Shown here one piece after another: positions 9,869 to 20,782 of a DNA stretch of 64,000 nucleotides (position 1 is the stretch's first letter; every line of letters begins with the position of its first letter). The notes under the pieces are model-generated. The model made no database searches. It was given only the letters and a program-made list of their open reading frames with translations, and had not been told where the DNA came from. Position numbers and translations under genes: made by a program. Source of the DNA: an uncultured cyanobacterium (GTDB lineage: Bacteria > Cyanobacteriota > Cyanobacteriia > CAKZMO01); the NCBI GenBank assembly GCA_963719515.1, contig CAVRCJ010000017.1:1-64000 (forward strand), given 5' to 3'.

Positions 9869-10170
9869 ATTGACCTACAGACTTAATTGAAGATAAGGTC
9901 GCGGCTTAGAGTAGTACAGTACTCAGTGATAGCGACATCGCGCGTGACAGCGACACCTTGTCGATTGTATTGACTCAGAATAAGGCTCGCCAAACTGGAT
10001 AAGCGGCCCGAATGCCCGATTTATCCCGACCCTCCAAGACTGCTTCGGTAAAGTGTAGAGCCTCGTCATCTACGCTTGGAGCGATCCTCTGAGGCGATCT
10101 CTACTGCCCCCAACTCGCGTCCGCTTAGTTTATTGCTGTAGATTGCCCATCTGAAACCTGGTGCCGACCC

Positions 10171-11361
10171 ATGATCATCATTCGACCTCAGCCCAATCCC
10201 CCGCTGCAACGTACTTTAGTCGGCCTCATTATGACGGGCAGCATGCTTAGCGGAGTCTGTGCCGTTGGGCTTAGAGCCGCAGCGGCTCCTGCGATCGCCG
10301 CCCCTGTCAACGCCAGCGCCCCATCTGCTAGCCGAGGGCTTCTAGCTCAAGGAATTACGGTCATTGAGCGGGGCAGCACTGGGGAGCTGGTTTCTGAGCT
10401 GCAGCGTCGCCTCAGCCAGCTTGGATACTACGACGGTCCCGTCACCGGTTTCTTTGGAGAACTCACGGAGACCGCCGTCATCCGCTTTCAGCAAGACCAA
10501 GGTTTAGCAGGTGACGGCATCGTGGGAGACTCAACGGCAGATGCGCTGCGGGACTCAGGTTCTGCTTCCGATGACGGTCTGCTGCAGGACGGGGCCACGG
10601 GGCCACGGGTGACCCAGCTTCAAGAGCAGCTGACGACCCTTGGATTTTACGAGGGTCCGATCACCGGCTTTTTTGGAGAGTTGACTGAGGCCGCCGTTAT
10701 TCGCTTCCAAGCAGCTCGGGGTTTAACCGCCGACGGCATTGTAGGCGCTAGCACGGAAGCGGCGCTCAGCGAAACCGGAGAACAGTCTTCTAATGAGACA
10801 GAGCGAGTGCCAGACCCCACCGATGGGCTACTGGAGCGTGGCGAGGTCGGAGAAGCCGTGACTGACTTGCAGCGGCGCTTGACGGCGTTGGGCTACTACG
10901 ACGGACCCATTGATGGTCGCTATGGTCCCCGCACCGAAGCCGCCGTGTCTCGTTTTCAGACGGAGAATGCCCTAACCTCGGATGGCGTTGCCGGTCCTGC
11001 TACCATTGCCGCTGTCGATAGCGCCCCCCGATCGTCTGAGACGGCGCAAGCGTCAGCAGCGCAGCCCTCCGCAGCTCAAGAGGTCAGCGCGACACGGCCA
11101 GCCAGCCCCGCTCCAGCACAAACCGAGGTTGTGCCCATCCAGCCGGCAGGCCCCATTGTGCCCACCGAAACCGCCATCGTGCTGCCCGTTCGCGTCGAAC
11201 TTGCCCCTGGCGATATTCGTACGATTCAGGCTCGCCTGCAGGACCGAGGCTTCTACAACGGCCCTGTCGATGGGGTTCTAAACGACGCAACGCGACGGGC
11301 TATAGCGACAGCCCAGCAGGCTTATGAGGTGAGTCCTGGGGACTTGGTCTTTAGCGAGTAG
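10171..11361 (+). CDS. Multi-repeat peptidoglycan-binding domain protein
   Basis: Four PG_binding_1 repeats (LQRRLSQLGYY..GFFGELTETAVIRFQ..DGIVG). Confidence 0.9.
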   Translation: MIIIRPQPNPPLQRTLVGLIMTGSMLSGVCAVGLRAAAAPAIAAPVNASAPSASRGLLAQGITVIERGSTGELVSELQRRLSQLGYYDGPVTGFFGELTETAVIRFQQDQGLAGDGIVGDSTADALRDSGSASDDGLLQDGATGPRVTQLQEQLTTLGFYEGPITGFFGELTEAAVIRFQAARGLTADGIVGASTEAALSETGEQSSNETERVPDPTDGLLERGEVGEAVTDLQRRLTALGYYDGPIDGRYGPRTEAAVSRFQTENALTSDGVAGPATIAAVDSAPRSSETAQASAAQPSAAQEVSATRPASPAPAQTEVVPIQPAGPIVPTETAIVLPVRVELAPGDIRTIQARLQDRGFYNGPVDGVLNDATRRAIATAQQAYEVSPGDLVFSE

Positions 11362-11401
11362 GCTGCCGGTGTGTTTTGCTGGCGTGTTTTGCTGGTGTAT
11401 C

Positions 11402-12052
11402 TTACTGGCGTGTCTTTGCCTGCCGCCGCTTCACCATGACGCCGACCCAGCGCTTCCACTGGGCGAAGGCCTCGTCGCTGGGCGCTGTCTGCTGCCAGGC
11501 GGGGCGCGCCATTAGACGCATCCGCCACTGGTCTAAACCAGGGTAGTTCTCAAGGGGAAGGCCAAGGCGGTGCATCAGGGGGAGCGTCGCGCCCGCTACG
11601 ATGTCGGCTAGAGAGAGGGAATTTTCTCCAAAGTAGTCTTTTTGCCCTAGCTGGGCGGTAAGAAAAGTGAGGGCAGGGGCAAGCGGCTCAGCCCAGGATT
11701 CGGGCTGGGGGGCCACCGCGAGGTGCGGGATCCTAGTCACCAGCTCGTTGACCGTCACCATCTGCACCATGCGCATTTGAGCCAGCGCTTCAGGCGTCGG
11801 AGGAGTCAGTGAATGGTCTGGAGATTTGGCCTCTAAATAGTCCAGTATAGCCAGAGACTCGATCAGCGTCAGGTCGCCGTCCACGAGGACGGGGACGTGG
11901 TGGAATGGGTTGAGGGCGGAGAACTCGGGCTGGCGCTGCTCTCCTGCCTTGAGGTCAACCACGACCCGCTCAAAGTCTAGTCCTTTTTCTAGCAAAGCGA
12001 GCCAAACGCGACGGGCAATGGGGGATAGGGGATGGTAGTGAAAAGTCAACAT
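11402..12052 (-). CDS. Glutathione S-transferase family protein
   Basis: LNPFHHVPVL, IESLAILDYL and SLADI motifs. Confidence 0.92.
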   Translation of the reverse strand: MLTFHYHPLSPIARRVWLALLEKGLDFERVVVDLKAGEQRQPEFSALNPFHHVPVLVDGDLTLIESLAILDYLEAKSPDHSLTPPTPEALAQMRMVQMVTVNELVTRIPHLAVAPQPESWAEPLAPALTFLTAQLGQKDYFGENSLSLADIVAGATLPLMHRLGLPLENYPGLDQWRMRLMARPAWQQTAPSDEAFAQWKRWVGVMVKRRQAKTRQ

Positions 12053-12151
12053 AGTCGAAGGCTCCTAGCTAGGGCAACGTCAGCTGGCAGCAGGTGCGCA
12101 ACCCGATAGACGGGGCGGGCGGGGCCGGCGGGGCGGAAAACAACGCAGTCC

Positions 12152-12715
12152 TCAGCTAACCAATGCCATCGAATCAGCCACCAGCGGTGCCTGCGCCGTT
12201 GTTTGTAGATAATGCATATGCTGAAAGAGCTTCCAGCAGTAGTCTTCAGACAGTCCGCAGGTGGTGGCCCCCCGCATCACCACGGTGAAGTACCAATCGT
12301 TGGGGGCTAGCTCTTGGTCGTGCTTTTGCAGCACGGTGTAGGTCCGCACATTGCCAATGGGCTGCGTATTGCGCTCTACGGTCACCGTGGCGTGGCAGTA
12401 GCCCTCCTCCCGCTTGTCTAGCTCATCGCTTAACCGCCAGGGAAGCCGGTATAGCACCCCTTCTACAGCGCTGCTCGCGTCAGGCACAATATCCAGCACC
12501 CCGCAGTTGCGCCGTCGCGATCGCCGAAAAAACCCCAGCCGGTAGCCCCGCAGCGTCGCCGTTCCAATAACGTACGGGTGGGTATGCTCACCCAGCGATC
12601 GCTTCAGGTCAACAGGGCACATGCAGGAACCGTAGGCAAAATAGTGAAAGCCTAAGGGCTCTGGCGGCCCCGGACGCTGTGAACTGACGCTGTGGCGTCG
12701 GGGGTGTTCCGTCAT
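12152..12715 (-). CDS. Gamma-glutamylcyclotransferase family protein
   Basis: YFAYGSCM, VEGVLY and LDKREEGY motifs. Confidence 0.88.
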   Translation of the reverse strand: MTEHPRRHSVSSQRPGPPEPLGFHYFAYGSCMCPVDLKRSLGEHTHPYVIGTATLRGYRLGFFRRSRRRNCGVLDIVPDASSAVEGVLYRLPWRLSDELDKREEGYCHATVTVERNTQPIGNVRTYTVLQKHDQELAPNDWYFTVVMRGATTCGLSEDYCWKLFQHMHYLQTTAQAPLVADSMALVS

Positions 12716-12763
12716 TTAATCCTCCTTCGTCTCATCAAAGCATTGGGGGCGCAGGCAGCTCAG

Positions 12764-13489
12764 CTACAGCGCGGGTGTCGTCTCTTCCAGGGGGGCCGGC
12801 GGCATCGCCACCGTGCAGCTGCTGGTGTCGGGGGCCTGGGTCTCGACAATCGCGTTGACGTAACCTGCCGTGGTCAACAGCTGAGCGACCACGGTTTCAG
12901 CCCGCTGGTTAGCCTGCTGCAGTAGATTGTTCTCGCAGGCCGCCGCGACAATGCGGCTGAGCGTCTCTTGCTGAGCCAAGGTCTGCAGCTCTGGGGCGGC
13001 GTCTGGCCCTATCCCCAGAAATCCCCGATCGTAGTCAAATACTTTAGAGCGGCTGACGTCAATTTTGTGGTCTAGCACCCTGGGGGGCGGCAGCACAATC
13101 CGCAAGGTGTCCTCGTTGACGACAACGCTGGAGGAATCAATAGCGCTCAGGTCTACCCCGGCGCGGACTTCCCCGTAGGCAATGTAGAGCAGCGTCGTGC
13201 GCCCCACGACGAAGTTGCCCACAACGCGCTCGCGGCTGGTGGGCACCACGGCCTCCATGCTGTAAATTGCCGTCGTCAGCTCGCTCGCCCCGCGGATCTG
13301 GCTGACGACAATCGCCCGAGGGTCAATCTGGGGCTCAGAGTCCCGCACAAATAAAGACGTGAGCCGCTCACTAAAGCTTGACCCAGTGCGCCATAGTCCG
13401 GCCAGCACGAGCAAGGTGAGCAGCACACAGCCGCCCTGAACCATGAGAAATAGCCGATGCCACATCTGGTTGAAAGGTCGCTTTTCCAT
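12764..13489 (-). CDS. DUF4230 domain protein
   Basis: TM anchor, SELTT, GEVRAGVDLS and IVLPPPRVL motifs. Confidence 0.85.
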   Translation of the reverse strand: MEKRPFNQMWHRLFLMVQGGCVLLTLLVLAGLWRTGSSFSERLTSLFVRDSEPQIDPRAIVVSQIRGASELTTAIYSMEAVVPTSRERVVGNFVVGRTTLLYIAYGEVRAGVDLSAIDSSSVVVNEDTLRIVLPPPRVLDHKIDVSRSKVFDYDRGFLGIGPDAAPELQTLAQQETLSRIVAAACENNLLQQANQRAETVVAQLLTTAGYVNAIVETQAPDTSSCTVAMPPAPLEETTPAL

Positions 13490-13613
13490 TGCTTTGAGAC
13501 CTGGCCACTTCGGGGTAAGACGTCTCCAGTGTAGTCAATCATGGTGCTCATTAGCTCTAGGCGCTGTATCCTAGAAGTCTTGAGGGTTATTTCTTTTTTA
13601 AAGTGGGGTTCTC

Positions 13614-13958
13614 ATGCTGCTCAAATCAACCACACGGCACATTCGCATCTTCAGCGCCGAGATCAACGAGGACGCCCTAGTGCCCAGCACCGACAAGCTC
13701 ACGCTCGACGTCGATCCCGACAACGAACTGACGTGGAATGAGTCGGCTCTCCAATCGGTTTATCGTAAATTTGACGAACTCGTAGAGTCTTACGCTGGCG
13801 CGGACCTCACGGACTATAATCTACGGCGCATTGGCTCAGATCTAGAGCACTTTGTGCGATCGCTACTGCAAGTGGGCGAGGTGACCTACAATTTAGAAGC
13901 TCGCGTCCGCAACTACAGCCTGGGGCTCCCTAGAACAGACTCGGACATCACTGTGTGA
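13614..13958 (+). CDS. ndhM: NDH-1 subunit M
   Basis: [23 protein letters not shown] and [13 protein letters not shown] motifs. Confidence 0.95.
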   Translation: MLLKSTTRHIRIFSAEINEDALVPSTDKLTLDVDPDNELTWNESALQSVYRKFDELVESYAGADLTDYNLRRIGSDLEHFVRSLLQVGEVTYNLEARVRNYSLGLPRTDSDITV

Positions 13959-14184
13959 GGCTGTTGGGCGTCTGGGCTATTGGATGTCTGGGCCGTTGTG
14001 CATCAGTTTGTAGGGCGTTCCCGTTTGTGGGGTGTTCCAGTCGGTGTCTCTCGCCAGAGTTATCACGCGCCGGGGCCGTTACCGCAAAGCTGCCCAGTAT
14101 TGAAGCTGTTTAGGGTGTCGTATCTGCAGTGCGATTTTACGGAGTTAGCCCAAGACGTTACGGGCTAGCCCACAACAGGTTTGC

Positions 14185-16704
14185 ATGCTCCAATGTCCCA
14201 ACTACGATTGTCAAGCGTCCAACGCTGAGAGCAGCCAATTCTGCCATCAGTGCCAAACGCCCCTGCCAAAGCGCTACTTGTGGGCCGTTGGGCTAGAGCC
14301 AGATCGCCTGCGCATGGACGAGCTGCTCGACGAGCGGTACCGGTACCGGGGCAGCCAAGTGCTGCTCGACCTTAAGCCCGCGGTGCCGCCGGCGATGCCG
14401 TCCGAAGTGCCGTTTGAGGCGCTGCCTTACCTCCACCTGGCGGACTACCGGCTCCATCTGCCCCAGGTCTATGGCTGGGTCGAAACTGCCGCTTCTCAAG
14501 CTCCGCTGCTGCTGCTCTCTGACGCCGCTATTTACCGGCCCAGCGTCTACACCTCCAACTACCCCACCGCCGACCAATCTTTTGGTTCTGGCCCCAAGAC
14601 CGGTGCAAATCAGGCAGAAGCCGCTGTCCAAAGCGGCAGTCCCATTCCCCTGCCTCAGCTTAAGAAAGTCTGGGCGGGGGCATCATCCTGGCAGCGGCTC
14701 AACTGGCTCTGGCAAATCGCTCAGCTTTGGCAGCCGCTGCAGCGCGAGCAGGTCGTCTCGTCGCTGCTGCATGACCATCTCCTGAGGATGGAGGGGGCTG
14801 TGGTCCGGCTGCTTGAGCTTCGCAGAGACAGCCTAGCGTCCCCCAGTGGCACCGCCTCACCCGCCCTACCGCAGCTCGGACAGCTTCTTCAGAACTGGAT
14901 TGAGCCGGGCGGGCCTGACAGCAGATTTTTTAGCGACCTTTGCCGCCACCTCATCGAGGGCAAAATCGATCAGCCCAGTCAGCTGGTTGGTCTACTTGAG
15001 GGGGCGATCGCCCAGCTTAGTCCGGCTCGTTCCCAGTCCATTCAATGGGTCTCCCAAACCGATCAAGGCCCGAGTCGGTCCCGCAATGAGGACGCCTGTT
15101 TCCCTCCTAGCGGAACCGCGCCGTCCTATTTCAGCTACGGCGTAGACGCCCGCAGTTCGAGGGCAGCTAATACGGAGAGCAAGCCGGATGACTTAGAAGA
15201 CAGCGCCGCCGACCAGCCCGTACTCATCGTCTGCGACGGCATTGGGGGGCACCAGGGGGGCGATGTGGCCTCTCAGCTCGCCATCCATTCGGTTTGCGAC
15301 CATCTTATTGAACAATCAGAGACCCACGCTCCTTTAGAGATCTTCCAGCAGCTGTCTGACGCCGTCTACGACGCCAACGACCTGATCAGCCATCGAAACG
15401 ACGATGAACAGCGCCGCAATCGCCAGCGTATGGGCACGACCCTGGTCATGGCCTTGGTGGACGATTACCAGTGCTATATCAGCCATGTTGGGGATAGCCG
15501 CGCTTACTGGATTACCCCCTGGGGCTGTCACCAAATCACCTTGGATGATGACGTGGCGTCTCGAGAAGTGCGGCTCGGGCAAACTATCTATCCCTATGCC
15601 CTCAGTCAGCCCAGCGCCGGTTCACTGGTGCAGGCGTTGGGAATGGCAGACTCTGCGTCGCTGCATCCCACAGTCCAGCGCCTCATCCTTGACGGGTCTG
15701 GGCTGCTCCTGCTGTGCTCTGACGGGCTGAGCGACAACGATTTGGTTGAGCTGTTTTGGCAATCAATCCTGCTGCCCGTTTTGGTGGGGGAGAAGGCGAT
15801 CGCCGATGCCAGCCAGGAGCTGGTCACCCTCGCTAACGCCCAGAACGGCTACGACAATGTCACCGTAGGGTTGATGCTGTGGCAGGTGACGCCCCCTGCC
15901 CCCTCGGCAGCTAAGGGGCTAAGCGTCAACGTTCCCCCAGCGCGACCAACGGCGGCGTCTACGCGGCTGCAGCTCAACGACAACACAGCTCCTTCTACCG
16001 CAGGTAACTTTGATCGCAAGAGGCTTTCCCCTGAAGACGACCCATCCGCCAAGTCCCCAGAGACCTCTAAACTCAGCTCAGTAACGCCTGTTAGCCTCAA
16101 AACAGATCTACGGCGTTCGGCAGGACTCGGCTCTTTGCTCGCTGGCATCGTCATCTTGCTGGGGCTGGCGGGGCTATTGGTCTATGCTCTAGTTCCCTCC
16201 ATCGGCAGCCGCTTCCGCCGCGTAGAGCCTTCTAGTCCTGATGATGTCGCCGATTCGCCGCAGCCTTTGCCCGATGACGTTAACTCGACTGAGGGCGTTC
16301 CCGATAGCGTGCCTTTAACGGTCGGCAGCGTTTTGCGCGCAGGGGGGGGCTCCCCCAACACATCGTCAATTCCAACCTACGTCGACCCGAGCGCGCTCAC
16401 TGAAACCGACAGCGCAGCGGCTGAACCGGCGGAAGCGATGGCAGAGGCTGTTCCCGTTGGCAACCTGGCGTCGGGGGCGGTTGTTGAGATCTTGGGTCGA
16501 TCTGAATTTGCCCAATCAACCCAGTGGGTCGAGCTTCGGGTTTGCGCGCTCCCGGCGGAGGCGGCGATCGCCACTCTCCCCACCGCCGAGACCCTTCTCC
16601 AGCCGGGTGAAGCGGCCTGGCTGCTGGAAACCTCTCTGACCTCGTTCGGGCTGCAGCCGGTGGCAGAAGACCGATCGAGCGTCTGCCCGGCCAGCGCAAA
16701 TTGA
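14185..16704 (+). CDS. PP2C-family Ser/Thr phosphatase with N-terminal zinc ribbon and TM segment
   Basis: CPNYDC..FCHQC, TDQGPSRSRNED, VCDGIGGHQGGDVAS, MGTT, HVGDSRAY, LCSDGL and DNVT motifs; TM segment in the C-terminal part. Confidence 0.92.
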   Translation: MLQCPNYDCQASNAESSQFCHQCQTPLPKRYLWAVGLEPDRLRMDELLDERYRYRGSQVLLDLKPAVPPAMPSEVPFEALPYLHLADYRLHLPQVYGWVETAASQAPLLLLSDAAIYRPSVYTSNYPTADQSFGSGPKTGANQAEAAVQSGSPIPLPQLKKVWAGASSWQRLNWLWQIAQLWQPLQREQVVSSLLHDHLLRMEGAVVRLLELRRDSLASPSGTASPALPQLGQLLQNWIEPGGPDSRFFSDLCRHLIEGKIDQPSQLVGLLEGAIAQLSPARSQSIQWVSQTDQGPSRSRNEDACFPPSGTAPSYFSYGVDARSSRAANTESKPDDLEDSAADQPVLIVCDGIGGHQGGDVASQLAIHSVCDHLIEQSETHAPLEIFQQLSDAVYDANDLISHRNDDEQRRNRQRMGTTLVMALVDDYQCYISHVGDSRAYWITPWGCHQITLDDDVASREVRLGQTIYPYALSQPSAGSLVQALGMADSASLHPTVQRLILDGSGLLLLCSDGLSDNDLVELFWQSILLPVLVGEKAIADASQELVTLANAQNGYDNVTVGLMLWQVTPPAPSAAKGLSVNVPPARPTAASTRLQLNDNTAPSTAGNFDRKRLSPEDDPSAKSPETSKLSSVTPVSLKTDLRRSAGLGSLLAGIVILLGLAGLLVYALVPSIGSRFRRVEPSSPDDVADSPQPLPDDVNSTEGVPDSVPLTVGSVLRAGGGSPNTSSIPTYVDPSALTETDSAAAEPAEAMAEAVPVGNLASGAVVEILGRSEFAQSTQWVELRVCALPAEAAIATLPTAETLLQPGEAAWLLETSLTSFGLQPVAEDRSSVCPASAN

Positions 16705-16753
16705 TGGCACCGAGCTACTTTACCCAAGTTTGCAAAGTTTTAGAAGGTGCGCT

Positions 16754-18626
16754 GTGTCTCTCAAGCTGTCTCAACGGGGGCTAGTTTTAGTTGAGCAAGC
16801 CATTGCTCAAGCAAATTTGAGAACTAATAGTAGCGAGTGGCTAGTCGAAGCAAGTCGACTTCTCGAGCCCAGCGGAACCTGGCGCGAGTCAGGCCCCTAC
16901 GCGTATGGATACAGCCCTCAAACTTGGGAGCGATTTCTCCAGAGAAAAGCCATTCGCGATCGCAGCTTCAATGTGTTTTGCCGGGTTCTTGGCCTCCCAT
17001 CAGAGGATGTTGCCGAGTCAAATACTCACCTACAGGAAGATTGGGGAGAGGCTCCGGATGTTCCCACGTTTCACGGGCGGGAGCGGGAGCTTCAGACTCT
17101 AGAGCAGTGGATACTCAAAGACCGCGTTCAGCTTGTCACTATCGTCGGGCTGGCTGGGGTGGGCAAAACCCGCTTGGTCAGAGGCGGTATTGGTAAGACA
17201 GACCTATCGCTACAGCTCGCCCATCAGGTTCAAAGCGAGTTTGACTGCCTCATCTGGCGACGCTTGATCAATGCCCCACCGCTAGAAACCCTCTTAACGG
17301 AGCTAATTGAGTTCGTCGCAGAAGACCGGGAAGCCCAGCTGGCTGAAACCGCTGATGGTTTAATCACCCAGCTCCTTCGCCACCTGCGGCAGCGGCGCTG
17401 CCTGTTAATTTTGGACAACGCCGAGTCGATTCTGCAGGGCGATTCGAGTGAAATTCCCGCAAAAGCTGCTGCTGGCGCATACCGAGCGGGCTACAGCGGC
17501 TACGAAGCCTTCTTTCGGCAGGTTGGGGAGACGAGGCATCAAAGCTGCCTGCTGTTGACCAGTCGGGTCAAACCTCAAAACGTTGAGGCAATGGAAGGGG
17601 TTTGGCCCGTGCGATCGCTAGAGCTTGGCGGCGTTGACACCGTAGCGGGACAGGCAATCGTTCACGATATTGGTCATACCTACGATACCCAGTTTCGTGG
17701 TTCTGAAGCTGATTGGAACATGCTCGTTTCTTTCTATGGCGGTAATCCCCTCGCTCTAGAAGCTGCTGCCAGGCAAATTCTGAGGCGCTTTGACGGCAGC
17801 ATTTCTCAATTTTTAGAGCAGAACATAAAGGTTTTTGGTAAGATTCGCGATCTGCTAAGCTGGCATTTTGAACGGCTCTCAGAACCTGAAAAAGAGATCA
17901 TGTATTGGCTGGCTATCAATCGAGGGCCTGTTTCTGTTTCAGAGCTGAGCAACGATGTCTTGTCATCATTATCTAAAAAGCATGTTCCAGAGACGCTGGA
18001 CGCTCTAGAACGTCACTTTCCCCTAGAGCAAGACGATAGCTACTTCACGCTACCGCCCGCTTTAATGGAATACACCACCGAGCGTTTAATTGAGACGGTC
18101 TGCCGCGAACTGCAGACGGAGGAACTGCAGCTTTTCAATAGCCACGCTCTCATTAAAGCGTCCGCGAACAAAGACGTTAGAAACAATCAAATCAAGGCAA
18201 TTCTTCAGCCAATTATTGAGAAAATCTCTTTAGTTTCAGGCTCAATCAACCCTTTGTCTTTGAAACGCCAGCTTCACGCAAACCTATCGAAAGCGCCCTG
18301 GCTATGCTGCGGGTAACCTACTCAATCTGATGCGCTACGGCGAATTTGACCTCGATGGTCAAGATTTTTCCCAACTGCACATTTGGCAAGCCCATCTTCA
18401 GGGCGTTAGTTTGCATCAGGTTGATTTTACCGCCTGTGAATTCGCTCGTACTACTTTGACCACAGACAATACCATTCGGCTTTGGCAGGTAGACACAGAA
18501 GAGGCTCTAGAGACGCTTCGGTCAGATCGCCCTTACGGAGGAATGAACATCACTGCTGCCAAAGGCTCGACCTTGGCCCAAGAAGAGGCGCTGATTGCTT
18601 TAGGGGCCAAGCAAGACAGTCAATAA
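16754..18626 (+). pseudogene. Decayed NB-ARC (STAND)-pentapeptide-WD40 gene: frameshifted, WD40 array deleted
   Basis: EDWGEAPDV.FHGR, GxxGVGKT, LLILDNAE, LLLTSR and GNPLAL motifs. The conserved PGYAAGNLLNL resumes in another frame at 18297, in frame with ORF 18330-18626, which holds only the last half-WD40 and the RPYGGMNIT tail. Confidence 0.8.
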
Positions 18627-18776
18627 GATCTGCCCAACTTTTGACGATCAGCGAAAAGCGCTGTGGAAAAGGCTCAACGGATATTTTTGCTCCCCGTGCT
18701 AGGCCACTGCTGGGGGCAGAAGACCAGATAGACTAGAAAGAATGCGCTTATTCTATATCGTGGGTACGTTGACTGC

Positions 18777-20426
18777 ATGTCTGTTCCGTCTTCTGAGGCC
18801 AATATTCCCTGCTTGAATTTGGCGGTCGATCGCCTCAGCGGAACTGAGGCCCGTCGCTATGTCACCTGGGTGATCAGAGCACCTTACACCAGCGGTTACG
18901 TGCTTCACGATCGCGATTGGCAAGCAGAGCTGTCGCAGGCCTGGGCCGTTTGGCAAATGATGTTCTCTCAAGATTCTGTTCTATCTGCGCCGGAAGCCGG
19001 AGCAGCGTCCACCCTGGCGCTCGATACCTCGTCTGAGCCCTCGATGAACTACAGCAGCCGGCTGATGCAGCACATGGGAATTCGGCTCTGGCAGTGGCTG
19101 TTTGACGGCGTCATTGGCCGCAGCTTGGATAAAAGCCAAGGGGTTGCCCTCGGGCAAAAGCGACCGCTGCGGCTGCGGCTAGAAGTGCGCGATGCCGATC
19201 TTATTCGGCTGCCCTGGGAGATTATGCAGGCTGACGCCGGTCAGCGGGCTATTTCATTGGGATCCACCGTTTTCTTCAGCCGCACCATCAGCGAGGTCGA
19301 ATCGCTGCCCCGACTTCGGCAGGATGCAGGCCTGCGAATTTTGATGGTGGTGGGACAGCCCGAGCTAGAGACGGGTCACAACGTACCGCCCCTCACTGCG
19401 CCCTCCGTGGCCGCCCTCAACCCAGAGCAGGATATTGAGGAACTGACGCAGGCCCTGCAGGCGGCAGCCGAATCCGGGCTCACCGCTGGGACTTCAGGGG
19501 CGCTCTCCGGCAGCCGGGTGACTGCGCTTGTTCAGCCAACCTCTGCCGACCTTATAGAACACCTCAACGCCTCGTCCTACAACCTGTTCGTCTATGCCGG
19601 ACATGGTGCGCCTGGTCCCGACGGCGGGCGGCTGTTTCTCAGCCCTGGTACTGAGATAAACGGTATCGAGCTGGCGCAGGTGCTAACGCGCCGCCAGGTC
19701 AAATTGGCGGTGTTTAACGCCTGCTGGGGGGCTCGTTCTGACCGCGATGCAGAGGGCAAGGCTATTCCACGCAGCAGTCTAGCAGAAGTATTGATCTGTC
19801 AGGGCGTGCCCGCCGTTCTGGGAATGCGCGACGCGATTGCAGACTCCGAAGCCTTTAGCTTTATTCGAGCTCTGACGGCGGCCCTGCTGAAGCGCGGCTC
19901 GGTCGACGCTGCTGTGGCTGAGGCAAGACAACAGCTGCTGACGCTCTACAAATTTAACCGCCCCACCTGGACTTTGCCCGTCCTCTACATGCACCCAGAA
20001 TTTAATGGTCAGATTCTTTCTTTCCAAGAGGAGGGCACCGAAATTCCAGAAGCGCCTCCGACCTGGATCAACCAGACGACGCCAACGGCCGCGCTCCGTA
20101 CGGTGGATGCGCTCCCCGGCGATCGCTGGCCTATTCAAAGTGGCATCATGCGGGTTGGGAAAGAGCGAAACAACGACCTTATTCTTCGCGGACCCGGCGT
20201 TTCTCGGAAGCACGCCGAGATCTTTTACCGGGGCGCTCTGGCAAGTCCAGTTCAGCAACCGGCATACTACCTCAGGGATTTTTCCCGGTTCGGCACGTTC
20301 ATTCGCCAGACCGACGGGTGGCGCCGCATCCACAACGAAGAAGTGCCGCTCACGCCCCATATCCAAATTAAGTTTGGCAGTCCGCAGAACCCGTCCCTTG
20401 AATTTATTGTCGAAGATGAGCGCTAG
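18777..20426 (+). CDS. CHAT (caspase/HetF-like) protease domain + C-terminal FHA domain protein
   Basis: LPWE, YAGHG, VFNACWG and AVLGMRDAI motifs; C-terminal VGK..NDL....VSRKHA..DFSRFGT (FHA). Confidence 0.88.
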   Translation: MSVPSSEANIPCLNLAVDRLSGTEARRYVTWVIRAPYTSGYVLHDRDWQAELSQAWAVWQMMFSQDSVLSAPEAGAASTLALDTSSEPSMNYSSRLMQHMGIRLWQWLFDGVIGRSLDKSQGVALGQKRPLRLRLEVRDADLIRLPWEIMQADAGQRAISLGSTVFFSRTISEVESLPRLRQDAGLRILMVVGQPELETGHNVPPLTAPSVAALNPEQDIEELTQALQAAAESGLTAGTSGALSGSRVTALVQPTSADLIEHLNASSYNLFVYAGHGAPGPDGGRLFLSPGTEINGIELAQVLTRRQVKLAVFNACWGARSDRDAEGKAIPRSSLAEVLICQGVPAVLGMRDAIADSEAFSFIRALTAALLKRGSVDAAVAEARQQLLTLYKFNRPTWTLPVLYMHPEFNGQILSFQEEGTEIPEAPPTWINQTTPTAALRTVDALPGDRWPIQSGIMRVGKERNNDLILRGPGVSRKHAEIFYRGALASPVQQPAYYLRDFSRFGTFIRQTDGWRRIHNEEVPLTPHIQIKFGSPQNPSLEFIVEDER

Positions 20427-20782
20427 CCGCTGAGGGACTTTGACCTGCCTGAGTTCAAAAGCACCTTGAGGACCATTAAAAAAACTGTCACTTCGCTTAC
20501 GGAATACTTCGCCAATACCCTGTAGCTCTCTATTGTCAGATGCTGAAACGAGTTCTCCCAACACCAGAAAACTTGCCGACTTCAGCGCTGGGCCAGATGA
20601 CCTGCGATCGCCCTATGCGGTACCCCTAAACCTATGGCTTAGGGCATCGTCGCCAACAGCAATTGTTGAGAGTCGCAACCGCGATCGCGGCCCCCTTTGA
20701 TTGGTCTGACCCTCCACCAGTCCGATGCCCCCCTATGTCCTATATAGAGCAATGCTAGCCGCAATTTACAGGAGCCAACGGT

